A stretch of DNA of 32,000 bases. It comes from Candidatus Scalindua sp. (GTDB taxonomy: Bacteria > Planctomycetota > Brocadiia > Brocadiales > Scalinduaceae). Shown here piece after piece: positions 8,629 through 17,789 of this stretch (positions are counted from its first letter, which is position 1; each line of letters starts with the position of its first letter). The notes beneath the pieces were generated by a model. The model saw nothing but the letters and a program-made list of their open reading frames with translations. It ran no database searches and had not been told where the DNA came from. Location of the stretch: positions 185 through 32,184 of the forward strand of contig JAIQZR010000192.1 in assembly GCA_021777035.1 (NCBI GenBank). Reading direction: 5' to 3'. The position numbers were made by a program, and so were the translations under genes.

Positions 8629-9453
8629 ATGAAACCCGCTCGTTTAATCGCTGACAAGATAAAGGACAACCTACACACAAATGTAATAGGCCGCGAAGTA
8701 ATTACACTTGAACGTGCCGCTTCGGCAATGGACATTGCAAAAGAGATGCTCAAGGAAGGTGCTGCAGAAGGAACAACAATTTTCGTTGAAGAGCAAACTC
8801 GAGGAAGAGGACGGTCAGGGAGAGAGTGGTACTGCAAGGATGGAAAAGGGTTGTTGCTGACGGTTGTCTTAAAACCAGTAATTCAACCTAAAAAATCGTA
8901 TCTTTTAATGGTTTTTACTGCTGTTGCAATCGTAAAAACGATCAGGGATATGTTCAAATTACCAGTGGAAATCGACTGGCCTAATGACCTTGTAATTAAT
9001 AATAAGAAATTAGGCGGTATAATTGTAGAAACACAAAATAATACCGGACAATCAAAAGACTACATTGTAGGCATTGGTATTAATGTCAATTTAAAAAAGC
9101 ATGAGCTTCCGGGTCACATAGATCAGCCGATAACATCTCTTGCCATTGAAAAAGAAACATTTGTAGACCGTGCCAATTTTGCAAGAGCATTGCTGCAGAA
9201 TCTAGATTCATGGTACTTAATCCTAAAAGATGAACGCCACGAACATATTGTGGAGAAGTGGCAAGAATTCTGCGTGAACATTGGAAGAATGGTCAACGTA
9301 CGTAATGCTAAAAAAGAATTTACGGGAATTTTTCTAGGAATTTCTAATAACGGAGAATTGATACTACAACTCGATAATGGACGCAAAAGAAATTTCAAAG
9401 TTGAACACACTATTATGAATCACCATACATCATCCACTTTTGTATCCTCGTAG
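8629..9453 (+). CDS. birA: Biotin--[acetyl-CoA-carboxylase] ligase, without an obvious N-terminal HTH
   Basis: EEQTRGRGRSGREWYCKDGKGLLLTVVLKP, VEIDWPNDLVINNKKLGGIIVE, YIVGIGINVNLKK. Confidence 0.93.
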   Translation: MKPARLIADKIKDNLHTNVIGREVITLERAASAMDIAKEMLKEGAAEGTTIFVEEQTRGRGRSGREWYCKDGKGLLLTVVLKPVIQPKKSYLLMVFTAVAIVKTIRDMFKLPVEIDWPNDLVINNKKLGGIIVETQNNTGQSKDYIVGIGINVNLKKHELPGHIDQPITSLAIEKETFVDRANFARALLQNLDSWYLILKDERHEHIVEKWQEFCVNIGRMVNVRNAKKEFTGIFLGISNNGELILQLDNGRKRNFKVEHTIMNHHTSSTFVSS

Positions 9454-10010
9454 TTAATTAGACCCGCATTAAGTTGTTTTTCCACAATTTCCAGCTTTGT
9501 TTCCAATCTATCGATTTGTTTTGTCAAATCTTTATAGACTATGAAACCAAGAATCAGCAATAAAACTGTGTAAACAATTACAAATGTAGTTGCGGGGCTC
9601 TCTTTGTGTGTTGTTTCATGAGGTTTTGCATGATAATCATACGTATCTTTACCCAAAACAACCTTCCGATTTGCCTCTGTTACGTCACCGATCCCAAAAG
9701 CGTCTTCATCCTGTTTATCACTAGATTCTATTACGCTACCAAGCTCCCGGATCTTGTTCCCCTGTAGACTAAGCGTCTCTGATACATCAATAGGTTCGTA
9801 CGCTTTTTCTTCCTGTTTTTCTTCGTACTTTGTACCTGTCTCTTTGTTATCACTTACTGGGTCAAGCGGTTTTTCTGTCTGCACTTCCTGACTATCTATA
9901 TCACCCTTCAGGTTTGCGGTATCTTCTTTTTTGTCATTTTCCTTCAACCACTTAAAAGGATCAGTCCCAAGCACACTTTTCTTTTGCATAAAGCTTTCCT
10001 TCAGTAACAA
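9420..10010 (-). CDS. Hypothetical charged protein with a single C-terminal-region transmembrane segment and coiled coil
   Basis: Long ORF with TM segment ATTFVIVYTVLLLILGFIVY followed by TKQIDRLETKLEIVEKQL; start may be 9989. Confidence 0.6.
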   Translation of the reverse strand: MLLKESFMQKKSVLGTDPFKWLKENDKKEDTANLKGDIDSQEVQTEKPLDPVSDNKETGTKYEEKQEEKAYEPIDVSETLSLQGNKIRELGSVIESSDKQDEDAFGIGDVTEANRKVVLGKDTYDYHAKPHETTHKESPATTFVIVYTVLLLILGFIVYKDLTKQIDRLETKLEIVEKQLNAGLINYEDTKVDDVW

Positions 10011-10130
10011 ACGTCACCAAAATTATACAATTTACAAACTAACAAATACGGCTGGTACAACTCAAGAGTTGTTATTAATATCGCAAGGAACACACGCCTT
10101 TCAATATTAATAATTTATGTGTCCCCCACT

Positions 10131-10898
10131 TTAAATACTTTTCTCTTGAGCAATTATCTCTTTAGTTAGTGCCACATAATCCTGAGCGCCATTAGACTCT
10201 GGAGCGTATACCGTAATTGGCATACCATGGCTTGTTGATTCTGAAAGTTTAATATTTTTTCTTATACAAGTGACAAACACCTTGTCTTCAAAATATTCTT
10301 TAATCTTGTCAAGCACCGCCTGCCCCAACTTTGTCCTGCTATCATACATACAAGCTATTATTCCGGTAATCTCTAACGAACTGTTCAGCCTTTTCTTGAT
10401 AATATCAAAAGTTTGCAACAACTTGCTTACGCCCTGTAACGCAAAGAACTCAGTTTGCACAGGAATGAAAATTTCGTTAGCGACAGTAAGTGCATTCAGG
10501 GTTAGAAGCCCTAGAGAAGGTGGGCAATCGATTAAAACGTAATCATACACATTTAACATCTCACCAAGATAGAACTTAACTATCGTTTCACGCCCCACAG
10601 TGTTAACAAGCTCCACCTCCGCACTTGCAAGATCAATATCAGAAGGAATAAGATCCAGACCACTTATGGCCGTTTTGATTAATACCTCAGAAACGTTCTT
10701 CTTACCGCACATTATCTGATAAATTGATAAATCTTTCCCCTGAGCGTTAACACCGTAATGGATACTTAAATTAGCTTGAGGATCGAGATCTATCAGTAGC
10801 ACCTTTTTACCAAGTGCAGCGAGACATGCTCCAACGTTTGCAGTAGATGTCGTTTTCCCAACCCCGCCTTTTTGATTTATAAACGCAATGCTACGCAA
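10131..10898 (-). CDS. ParA/Soj-family ATPase
   Basis: Deviant Walker A INQKGGVGKTTSTANVGACLAALGKKVLLIDLDPQANLS; YVLIDCPPSLGLLTLNAL. Confidence 0.93.
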   Translation of the reverse strand: MRSIAFINQKGGVGKTTSTANVGACLAALGKKVLLIDLDPQANLSIHYGVNAQGKDLSIYQIMCGKKNVSEVLIKTAISGLDLIPSDIDLASAEVELVNTVGRETIVKFYLGEMLNVYDYVLIDCPPSLGLLTLNALTVANEIFIPVQTEFFALQGVSKLLQTFDIIKKRLNSSLEITGIIACMYDSRTKLGQAVLDKIKEYFEDKVFVTCIRKNIKLSESTSHGMPITVYAPESNGAQDYVALTKEIIAQEKSI

Positions 10899-11222
10899 CT
10901 TGACCCTCTTTGATATACGTTTTTTGTGGAATACACAATAGGCTAATAGCGGAAAGTTTATCCATACTAAATATTGTTGTCAAGGATATTTATATAAAAT
11001 GCCCGTTATAATTATTATAAAAATCCTATAGCTTTACATACTTGTGCATACATTGTCAGTCATGCACAATGTCGTTTCAGCACTCTTTTCGCGGACTTAT
11101 TAATCGAAAAAGCATACATTATCAACACTTTCTGCTCTTGACTCTTATTATATTCCGTTTGGAAGGAATATCTATTATTACCAATGCTAATCATCCACAC
11201 AAAAACACAACGCAAATTGTCC

Positions 11223-11276
11223 TAAGATTGTTGTTGTAAGATTGTTATTGACATATCGATAGAAGTCTGTTATTTT
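11223..11276 (+). promoter_or_regulatory. Putative promoter of the ACP/FabZ/KS cluster with adjacent direct repeats
   Basis: TTGACA at 11248-11253, 17 nt spacer, TATTTT at 11271-11276; TAAGATTGTT repeated at 11223-11232 and 11237-11246, just upstream of the -35. Confidence 0.45.
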
Positions 11277-11442
11277 CCCTATTTCATTAATTTTCTTTTT
11301 GTCATAATCAAATTTCATCAATATATTATATAGGCCAGCAGTTTTAAAAAACAACTCCATATTGCCAATTTACTTATTTTAATTTGGTTGGCATTTTGAG
11401 TACAGTTTAGAGTTCTGGTTGTTTATTAAGGGAGGTAAGATA

Positions 11443-11697
11443 TTGTCTGTAGAAAACTTAGAGAAAGACATCACTGCAATTGTCGCTGAAGTAACCGAAC
11501 TGGAAGAAAATGAAATATGGGAGAAAAGGGATGCCGACTTTTTTAAGGATTTGGAAATTGATTCCTTACTAGCACTAGAAATCCTGGCCCTTATAGAAAA
11601 GAAATTTAAAGTTCAAATTCCGGAAGAAAAACTCGTAGACATTACATCGTTGAATGCAACAATCGAGATGACAAGATCTACACTTGAAGGAAAATAG
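11443..11697 (+). CDS. Acyl carrier protein
   Basis: DFFKDLEIDSLLALEILALIEKKFKVQIPEEKL with the phosphopantetheine Ser in a DSL motif. TTG start 7 nt after GGAGG (11431-11435); the track start of 11419 places that SD inside the ORF. Confidence 0.9.
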   Translation: MSVENLEKDITAIVAEVTELEENEIWEKRDADFFKDLEIDSLLALEILALIEKKFKVQIPEEKLVDITSLNATIEMTRSTLEGK

Positions 11698-11797
11698 AAA
11701 AAAGCACGTAACGTTTCTTAGTCATCTACGTGTCTATCCACAAACGATAATAGTGGTCATGCAGTGACTATCTAAATAGAACGAAAGGTTATTATAA

Positions 11798-12247
11798 ATG
11801 TTGAATTTTGAGGAAGTAAGAGAGTTGGTTCCTCAAAAATACCCATTCTTATTTATTGATAAAGTTGTTGAACTTCAAAAAGAAAGCAAAATTGTTTGTT
11901 TAAAAAATATAACGGCTAATGAGTCTTTCTTTACTGGACACTTCCCTGATTTTGCCATAATGCCTGGAGTTCTGATCGTAGAAGCCCTGGCGCAAGCCTC
12001 GATTATCCTCTTCAAAAAGAGCTTCGATACTGAGCAGTACAAAGATAAGATCTTTTTGTTGGCATCTGCTAACGTTCGGTTTTCAAAACCTGTTTTTCCT
12101 GGCGACCAGCTTTTTCTGGAAATTGAAATAGAAAAAGTAATTTCCAGTGCGGCAATAGTTAAGGGTGTGGCCAAAGTGGGAGACAAAGTTGTAACAAAGG
12201 CAACTTTGAGTTTTGGAGTTGCAAATAAAGATACATTAACGGGTTGA
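11798..12247 (+). CDS. fabZ: 3-hydroxyacyl-ACP dehydratase, FabZ-like
   Basis: LVPQKYPFLFIDKVVEL and FFTGHFPDFAIMPGVLIVEALAQAS, with catalytic His (GHFP) and Glu (EALAQ) retained. Confidence 0.92.
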   Translation: MLNFEEVRELVPQKYPFLFIDKVVELQKESKIVCLKNITANESFFTGHFPDFAIMPGVLIVEALAQASIILFKKSFDTEQYKDKIFLLASANVRFSKPVFPGDQLFLEIEIEKVISSAAIVKGVAKVGDKVVTKATLSFGVANKDTLTG

Positions 12248-12276
12248 AAATATGAATCTTCACAAAGTAAAGAACC

Positions 12277-13497
12277 ATGGATAAAAGAATTGTAATTACC
12301 GGTATGGGTGTAATTTCTCCCATAGGAAACGATAAAGATGCATTTTGGGATGCATTGATTTCCGGCACGTCCGGTGTTTCAGATGTCACATCATTTGACA
12401 CCTCGCCTTTCAAAGTACATAGAGGCTGTTTCGTTAAAGATTTCAATTATGATAATTATAAAAATAATGGTTCAAGTCGTGAAATTGGCAAAGGCTCACA
12501 ATTTGCGGTTGCAGCGGCAAAGCTGGCTATCGAAGACTCTAATATTGGTTTAAAGAATATTGATCCGGAAAGAGCTGGTGTTTCAATTGGAACAACTGCA
12601 GGAGAAATTCAGATTCTGGAAAAAGTGAACTATGTAAGACATGAAAAGGGAGAGGATAGTGTTGACCCTAGCTTGTTCCCTATGCATCCTTGCGTTAATA
12701 TGCCATCTAACATATCTATTGAATTTGGCTTTAAGGGACCAAGCACAATAATACCTACCGCATGTGCGGCTGGAAACTATGCAATCGGCTACGCATGTGA
12801 TTTGATAAAACTAGGAAGAGCCGATATAATGCTAGCCGGTGGATCAGATCCATTTTCTAAAGTAGCGTTTGTCGGTTTTAGTAGGTTAAATGCCATCGCG
12901 CCAGACATTTGTCAACCTTTTGACAAAAACAGAAAAGGCCTGTTAGTTGGCGAAGGCGCAGGAATGTTGGTATTAGAATCCCTCGAAGGTGCACTGGCCA
13001 GAAACGCAAATATTTATGCAGAAATCCTGGGTTACGGCTTGAGTTGTGATGGTTATCACATTACAATCCCGCACCCGGAAGGCAATGGCGTCACTTCTGC
13101 TATGAAAAAAGCCTTGAAAGATGCCAAAATTAGACCAGAAGATGTTCAGTATATGAGTGCGCATGGCACAGGAACAGTTGCCAACGACAAGGCCGAAACC
13201 ATATCGATAAAGAAGATCTTTGGCGAACATGCAAAAAATCTGGCCATAAGCTCTATAAAATCGATGCTTGGTCATACAATGGGAGCTGCCAGCGCCATTG
13301 AAGCAATTGCATGTGCTTTAGCTATAAAAGAAGGTGTTGTGCCGCCAACAATAAACTACGAAACAAAAGACCCTGAGTGCGATTTGGATTTTGTTCCAAA
13401 CGTTAAACGCGAAATGCAAGTCGATATTGCCATGAATAACGCATATGCTTTTGGTGGTAACAATAGTAGTCTCATACTCAAAAAGTTTACTGGTTAA
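12277..13497 (+). CDS. Beta-ketoacyl-ACP synthase (FabF-like) with intact Cys-His-His triad
   Basis: C163 in [10 protein letters not shown] (codon 12763-12765), H296 in SAHGTGT (13162-13164), H333 in SMLGHTMGA (13273-13275). Confidence 0.94.
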   Translation: MDKRIVITGMGVISPIGNDKDAFWDALISGTSGVSDVTSFDTSPFKVHRGCFVKDFNYDNYKNNGSSREIGKGSQFAVAAAKLAIEDSNIGLKNIDPERAGVSIGTTAGEIQILEKVNYVRHEKGEDSVDPSLFPMHPCVNMPSNISIEFGFKGPSTIIPTACAAGNYAIGYACDLIKLGRADIMLAGGSDPFSKVAFVGFSRLNAIAPDICQPFDKNRKGLLVGEGAGMLVLESLEGALARNANIYAEILGYGLSCDGYHITIPHPEGNGVTSAMKKALKDAKIRPEDVQYMSAHGTGTVANDKAETISIKKIFGEHAKNLAISSIKSMLGHTMGAASAIEAIACALAIKEGVVPPTINYETKDPECDLDFVPNVKREMQVDIAMNNAYAFGGNNSSLILKKFTG

Positions 13498-13589
13498 GAA
13501 TTCAAAACTAAGATAGTGTTAATTTTCATACCGATATTAGAATTGTTCGGTTTAAAAAAGATTTTAAGTAAAAGAGGTTGGCAATTTAT

Positions 13590-14825
13590 ATGAATGGTCG
13601 TTTGGTCATAACAGGAATAAGCGTCTTATCGTCAATCGGAGAAAACCAGGATGAGTTCTGGACTAATTTGATCAATGGTGTTTCCGGGATAAAAGATATC
13701 ACGCTATTTGACGTCTCAAAATACAAAAGTAAAAAAGCTGGTGAAATATCAGATTTTGATGCTAAAGCATACTTAGGCAAAAAGGGGATTCGTCATATAG
13801 ACAGGACATCGCTATTGGTATCTTCGGCGGCAAAACTTGCCATGGACGATGCTAATATCACCCACGAAACTTACAGTGCCGATGAACTGGGAATAGTAAT
13901 CGGATCAACGTATGGCAGTATTGACAGTATCGGTTCATTCGATCTGGAGGGATTAAAGGAAGGTCCAACTTTCGTAAATCCCATGGATTTTCCAAACACT
14001 GTCCTTAATGCACCAGCAAGTAGGGTATCTATTTTCTGTAATGCTACCGGTTTAAATTCTACAATTTCTACAGGAACTGCCAGTGGATTGGATGCTATCA
14101 TTTATGCCTCTGATTTTTTAAGACTAGGCAGAGGAAAAGCCGTATTAGCCGGTGGAGTCCATGGTTTAACTCCGGACATTTTCTGGGGAGCTTACAGATC
14201 AGGAGTATTGTCGGCCAGCAGTAACGGTGGTATAGAAATATCCTCTCCATTTGATAAAAGACGCAACGGTTTCATAATTGGAGAGGCGTCGGCGTTACTG
14301 GTAATAGAAAGACTTGATGACGCACGGGAAAGAAATGCTAAGATCTATGCCGAGATAAAGGGATACGGAAGCACATTTAACCCTGACAAGATTTCTCATG
14401 ACAACATTGATACCACTCAAGGCGTAAGATGCATATCTACAGCAATGAAAGACGCCGGGATTAATTCTGACGAAGTTTCTTACATATCCGCATGCGCTAA
14501 TTCCAGTGTGACCGGAGACAAAATGGAAGCTAAAATTATTAGAGACTATTTTGGTGATAACGCTGATAATGTCCCTGTAAGTGCTATAAAATCAATGACA
14601 GGAGAATGCCTGGACGCATCAGGGTCACTACAGAGCGTTGCTGGTGTATTGGCAATTAATAATAGTATTATCCCTCCAACAATTAACTATCAGGAAAAAG
14701 ATGAAGAGTGTAATCTGGATTGTGTTCCAAACAATAGCAGAAAATCTGAAGTTAAAAATGTACTTATCAACTCCTTTTCCGATACAGGCAACATTTCTTC
14801 CTTAATCATCTCAAAATATTCATAA
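13590..14825 (+). CDS. Ketosynthase-fold protein lacking the catalytic triad; chain-length-factor-like
   Basis: VITGISVLSSIGENQDEFW... KS fold with T163 (STGTASG, codon 14076-14078), C302 (SACANSS, 14493-14495) and E339 (SMTGECLD, 14604-14606) at the Cys-His-His positions. ATG at 13590 preferred over the track start of 13578. Confidence 0.9.
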   Translation: MNGRLVITGISVLSSIGENQDEFWTNLINGVSGIKDITLFDVSKYKSKKAGEISDFDAKAYLGKKGIRHIDRTSLLVSSAAKLAMDDANITHETYSADELGIVIGSTYGSIDSIGSFDLEGLKEGPTFVNPMDFPNTVLNAPASRVSIFCNATGLNSTISTGTASGLDAIIYASDFLRLGRGKAVLAGGVHGLTPDIFWGAYRSGVLSASSNGGIEISSPFDKRRNGFIIGEASALLVIERLDDARERNAKIYAEIKGYGSTFNPDKISHDNIDTTQGVRCISTAMKDAGINSDEVSYISACANSSVTGDKMEAKIIRDYFGDNADNVPVSAIKSMTGECLDASGSLQSVAGVLAINNSIIPPTINYQEKDEECNLDCVPNNSRKSEVKNVLINSFSDTGNISSLIISKYS

Positions 14826-14844
14826 CTTCATAGCGACAGTTTCC

Positions 14845-16278
14845 ATGAGTAATTTCTCCCTGAACAAATCTGAAATAAAATCTAAGTATGACGTAATTGT
14901 ACTGGGAGCTGGGATTGCCGGACTAATCTGCGGAACTTTCCTGGCAAAACAGGGAAAGAAAGTTCTAATTATTGAACAACATAGTATTCCCGGAGGTTAT
15001 TGTACTTCTTTTAAGAGAAAAGGTTTTATCTTTGATGCCGCTGTCCATCATATTGGTGGGTGTGGAAAATGGAGCGTAGTTGGTAGGTGCCTTAAAGAAC
15101 TCGATATAAATATTAATTTTCTACGGCTTGATCCTATGGACAGCATCCATTTTCCTTCATTTTCAGTGGAAATACCTGCTGATATTGACGATTATGTAGA
15201 TCTGTTGAAGGAACGGTTTCCATCAGAAAGTAAAAAAATATCACTTTTCTTTAAAGAATTTATTAGACTATACAGGGCTACATTTAGCACAGATGAGCAT
15301 GAAATGCTTATCAAATACCAAGACCTTACTTATAAAGAAATGCTGGAGAACTTTTTTACTGATGAGCAGCTTAAGATGACTTTATCTGCACAGTGGGGAT
15401 ACATTGGTTCACCACCACATGAGGTTTCGGCTATTGGTATGTGCCAGATGTTAGTAAATTATCTAAAAGACGGAGCCTATTTCCCCGTCGGTGGTACCCA
15501 GAATTTTGCCGATGCAATCACTCAAAAATTTATTGACTATGGCGGCCACATTATGCTATCTTCTAGCGTTGAGACGATTTCCACAGATAGTAATATTATA
15601 AAAGGAGTTACAACGAATAAAGGGGGAGAAATTATGGCTGATACCTTTGTGTCAAATATTGATCCCAAACAAACCTTTTTGCGCTTGTTAGACAAAAATA
15701 CCGTTGATAGCTCATTTCTACACAGGATCGAGAACATGAAAGAAAGCGTTTCATTCTTTTTACTATACCTTGGCCTTGACAATAGAGTAGACTTAAAAAA
15801 GTTAAAAAGGGGTTTTTACCATACATCAAATAACTTAAGCGCTTCTGATAGTGATTGGTTTTATATTTCCGTTCCCACGGAGGTTGATTCAAGCTTGGCA
15901 CCTGATAATAAACAGATAATATCTGTTGTTGTCTCTTCAAGGGATAGTTACGACGACATAGACAATTGGGACACGTACAAAGATAAAATGAAAAAATACA
16001 CATTAAATTACCTGGAAAATTTTGTACCCGATATTCAGAATCATATTGTTGTAACTGACGCTGCCACGCCTAAAACTCTATATCGTTATACACACAACTC
16101 AAAAGGCGCAGCTTATGGCGGGGCCGTTACCGTAGACCAAACATGGTCAAATAGACTTCCACACACAACACCCTTCAAAAATCTTTTTCTAGCGGGGCAC
16201 TGGACAAATCCGGGTCCAGGAATATGTGCGGTTGTATCCTCTGGTTGGAGGGTAGCTAATATGATTTTAAATAATTAG
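14845..16278 (+). CDS. CrtI/phytoene-desaturase-like FAD/NAD(P)-dependent oxidoreductase
   Basis: VIVLGAGIAGLICGTFLAKQGKKVLIIEQHSIPGGYCTSFKRKGFIFDAAVHHIGG; C-terminal NLFLAGHWTNPGPGICAVVSSGWRVANMI. Confidence 0.9.
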   Translation: MSNFSLNKSEIKSKYDVIVLGAGIAGLICGTFLAKQGKKVLIIEQHSIPGGYCTSFKRKGFIFDAAVHHIGGCGKWSVVGRCLKELDININFLRLDPMDSIHFPSFSVEIPADIDDYVDLLKERFPSESKKISLFFKEFIRLYRATFSTDEHEMLIKYQDLTYKEMLENFFTDEQLKMTLSAQWGYIGSPPHEVSAIGMCQMLVNYLKDGAYFPVGGTQNFADAITQKFIDYGGHIMLSSSVETISTDSNIIKGVTTNKGGEIMADTFVSNIDPKQTFLRLLDKNTVDSSFLHRIENMKESVSFFLLYLGLDNRVDLKKLKRGFYHTSNNLSASDSDWFYISVPTEVDSSLAPDNKQIISVVVSSRDSYDDIDNWDTYKDKMKKYTLNYLENFVPDIQNHIVVTDAATPKTLYRYTHNSKGAAYGGAVTVDQTWSNRLPHTTPFKNLFLAGHWTNPGPGICAVVSSGWRVANMILNN

Positions 16279-16290
16279 GAGGATAACAAT

Positions 16291-17757
16291 ATGAGAAAAA
16301 TGATGCTGATAAACCCACATCCCCCTGGAAGGCATGGCGAGGAGAGCATATCTGTCATAGTCCAAATGCCTTTAAACCTGGCATACATTGCAGCCCTTAC
16401 ACCGGGTGACTGGGAGTTTGATGTAATCGATGAAAATATAGAGCTGGCCCTTGATGATAATGGAGATATTACATTTGAGCCGGTAGATATGGTTTGTATT
16501 ACTTCTGTTACCTATCAAGTGTCTAGAGCTTACAAGATTGCAGAGATCTGCAGAAAAAAAGGCATGACCGTAGTCATGGGTGGCATACACGCTTCAGTAG
16601 TACCTGAAGAAGCTTCAAAATATGTAGATGCAATTTTTATCGGAGAGGCCGAAACACTGTGGCCACAAGTCATTAAAGATTTTGAAAATGGCGAACTCAA
16701 AAAGAGGTACGAAGGCGGGCTGCCAGGCCTGTCAGAAATGAAACATGTATTTCCGAATAGGGAACTCCTGAAAAAGAAATATGATTACAAGTTATCATCA
16801 ATTGTTACAACTAAAGGTTGTCCAAATTACTGCGATTTCTGTAGCGTACCAACCTTTCAAGGGAAAAAGTATAGAGAAAGACCGTATGAAGATGTTCTAG
16901 ACGAGATGGAAGCCACTGACTACAAGGGCCTGATGTTTGCCGAAGATAATTTTTATGGCCATAGTAAGAACTCTGCCAACAGAGCAAAAGCCCTCTTTCG
17001 TGGAATGATAGAAAGGGGCATTAAAAAGGACTGGCTTGGATTTACTGCACTCAATATATCAAAGGATGCAGAGGTACTTGACCTGATGGCGAAAAGTGGA
17101 AATTTTGGTTTTCTCTGCGGAATAGAATCGACAAATGAGGCTGTTCTGGAGAAGATGAATAAAACTACTAATTTAAGGATTGGGGCTGATAATTATTATG
17201 ACAGCGTTCAGAAAATCCATGATCATGGTCTTGTTGTTTGGGGGTCAATTGTCCTTGGAGCAGATGGTGATGATAAAGATTCCTTCAAAAGAATGACAGA
17301 GTTTGTATTGGAAAACAATATAGACGTACTTACCTTTGGTATTAATTGCCCGTTTCCAAAGACTGCGCTTTATGATAGACTGGATTCTGAAAAGAGGATC
17401 TTCAGAAAGAATTATCCTGAAGACTGGAAATATTATGATACTGCGCATGTTGTTCACAGACTAGTTGATATGACATTAGAGGATTTCATTGAAGGTATGC
17501 AATATATGTATGACCACCTATATGCCGCCGACAATCTGAGGCTGAGATTTAGGAAATCACTACAAACTATTGGCAGTACGACTCACGGCAAACGTAATGC
17601 TATGTTCGGCTTCAGGGTTGGTTCTGATTGGATACAGGTATTTGAACAAGTACTGGAAAATCTTCGTCTACTATACGATTCAGGTGATTACTACAAGGAT
17701 TGGTATAAGAGCAGTGCCGTTACTGTACCATCGGGTAAAGGTGTCGCGGTAAGTTAG
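16291..17757 (+). CDS. B12-binding-domain radical SAM protein
   Basis: N-terminal cobalamin-binding-like LINPHPPG...PLNLAYIAALTPGDWEFDVIDENIEL...VVMGGIHASVVPEEA; CxxxCxxC in TTKGCPNYCDFCSVPTFQGKKYRERP. Confidence 0.93.
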   Translation: MRKMMLINPHPPGRHGEESISVIVQMPLNLAYIAALTPGDWEFDVIDENIELALDDNGDITFEPVDMVCITSVTYQVSRAYKIAEICRKKGMTVVMGGIHASVVPEEASKYVDAIFIGEAETLWPQVIKDFENGELKKRYEGGLPGLSEMKHVFPNRELLKKKYDYKLSSIVTTKGCPNYCDFCSVPTFQGKKYRERPYEDVLDEMEATDYKGLMFAEDNFYGHSKNSANRAKALFRGMIERGIKKDWLGFTALNISKDAEVLDLMAKSGNFGFLCGIESTNEAVLEKMNKTTNLRIGADNYYDSVQKIHDHGLVVWGSIVLGADGDDKDSFKRMTEFVLENNIDVLTFGINCPFPKTALYDRLDSEKRIFRKNYPEDWKYYDTAHVVHRLVDMTLEDFIEGMQYMYDHLYAADNLRLRFRKSLQTIGSTTHGKRNAMFGFRVGSDWIQVFEQVLENLRLLYDSGDYYKDWYKSSAVTVPSGKGVAVS

Positions 17758-17789
17758 ACCACAGGCATTTAATGGTAGTTAAATATAGC

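Noticed and set aside
11042-11239. 65-aa ORF upstream of the ACP gene
   Set aside because: Low-complexity translation, no RBS, and it overlaps the inferred promoter repeats.
12277-14825. Interpreting the two ketosynthases as a simple redundant duplication
   Set aside because: The sequences are strongly divergent and the second has systematic loss of the catalytic residues, so a specialised partner is more likely.
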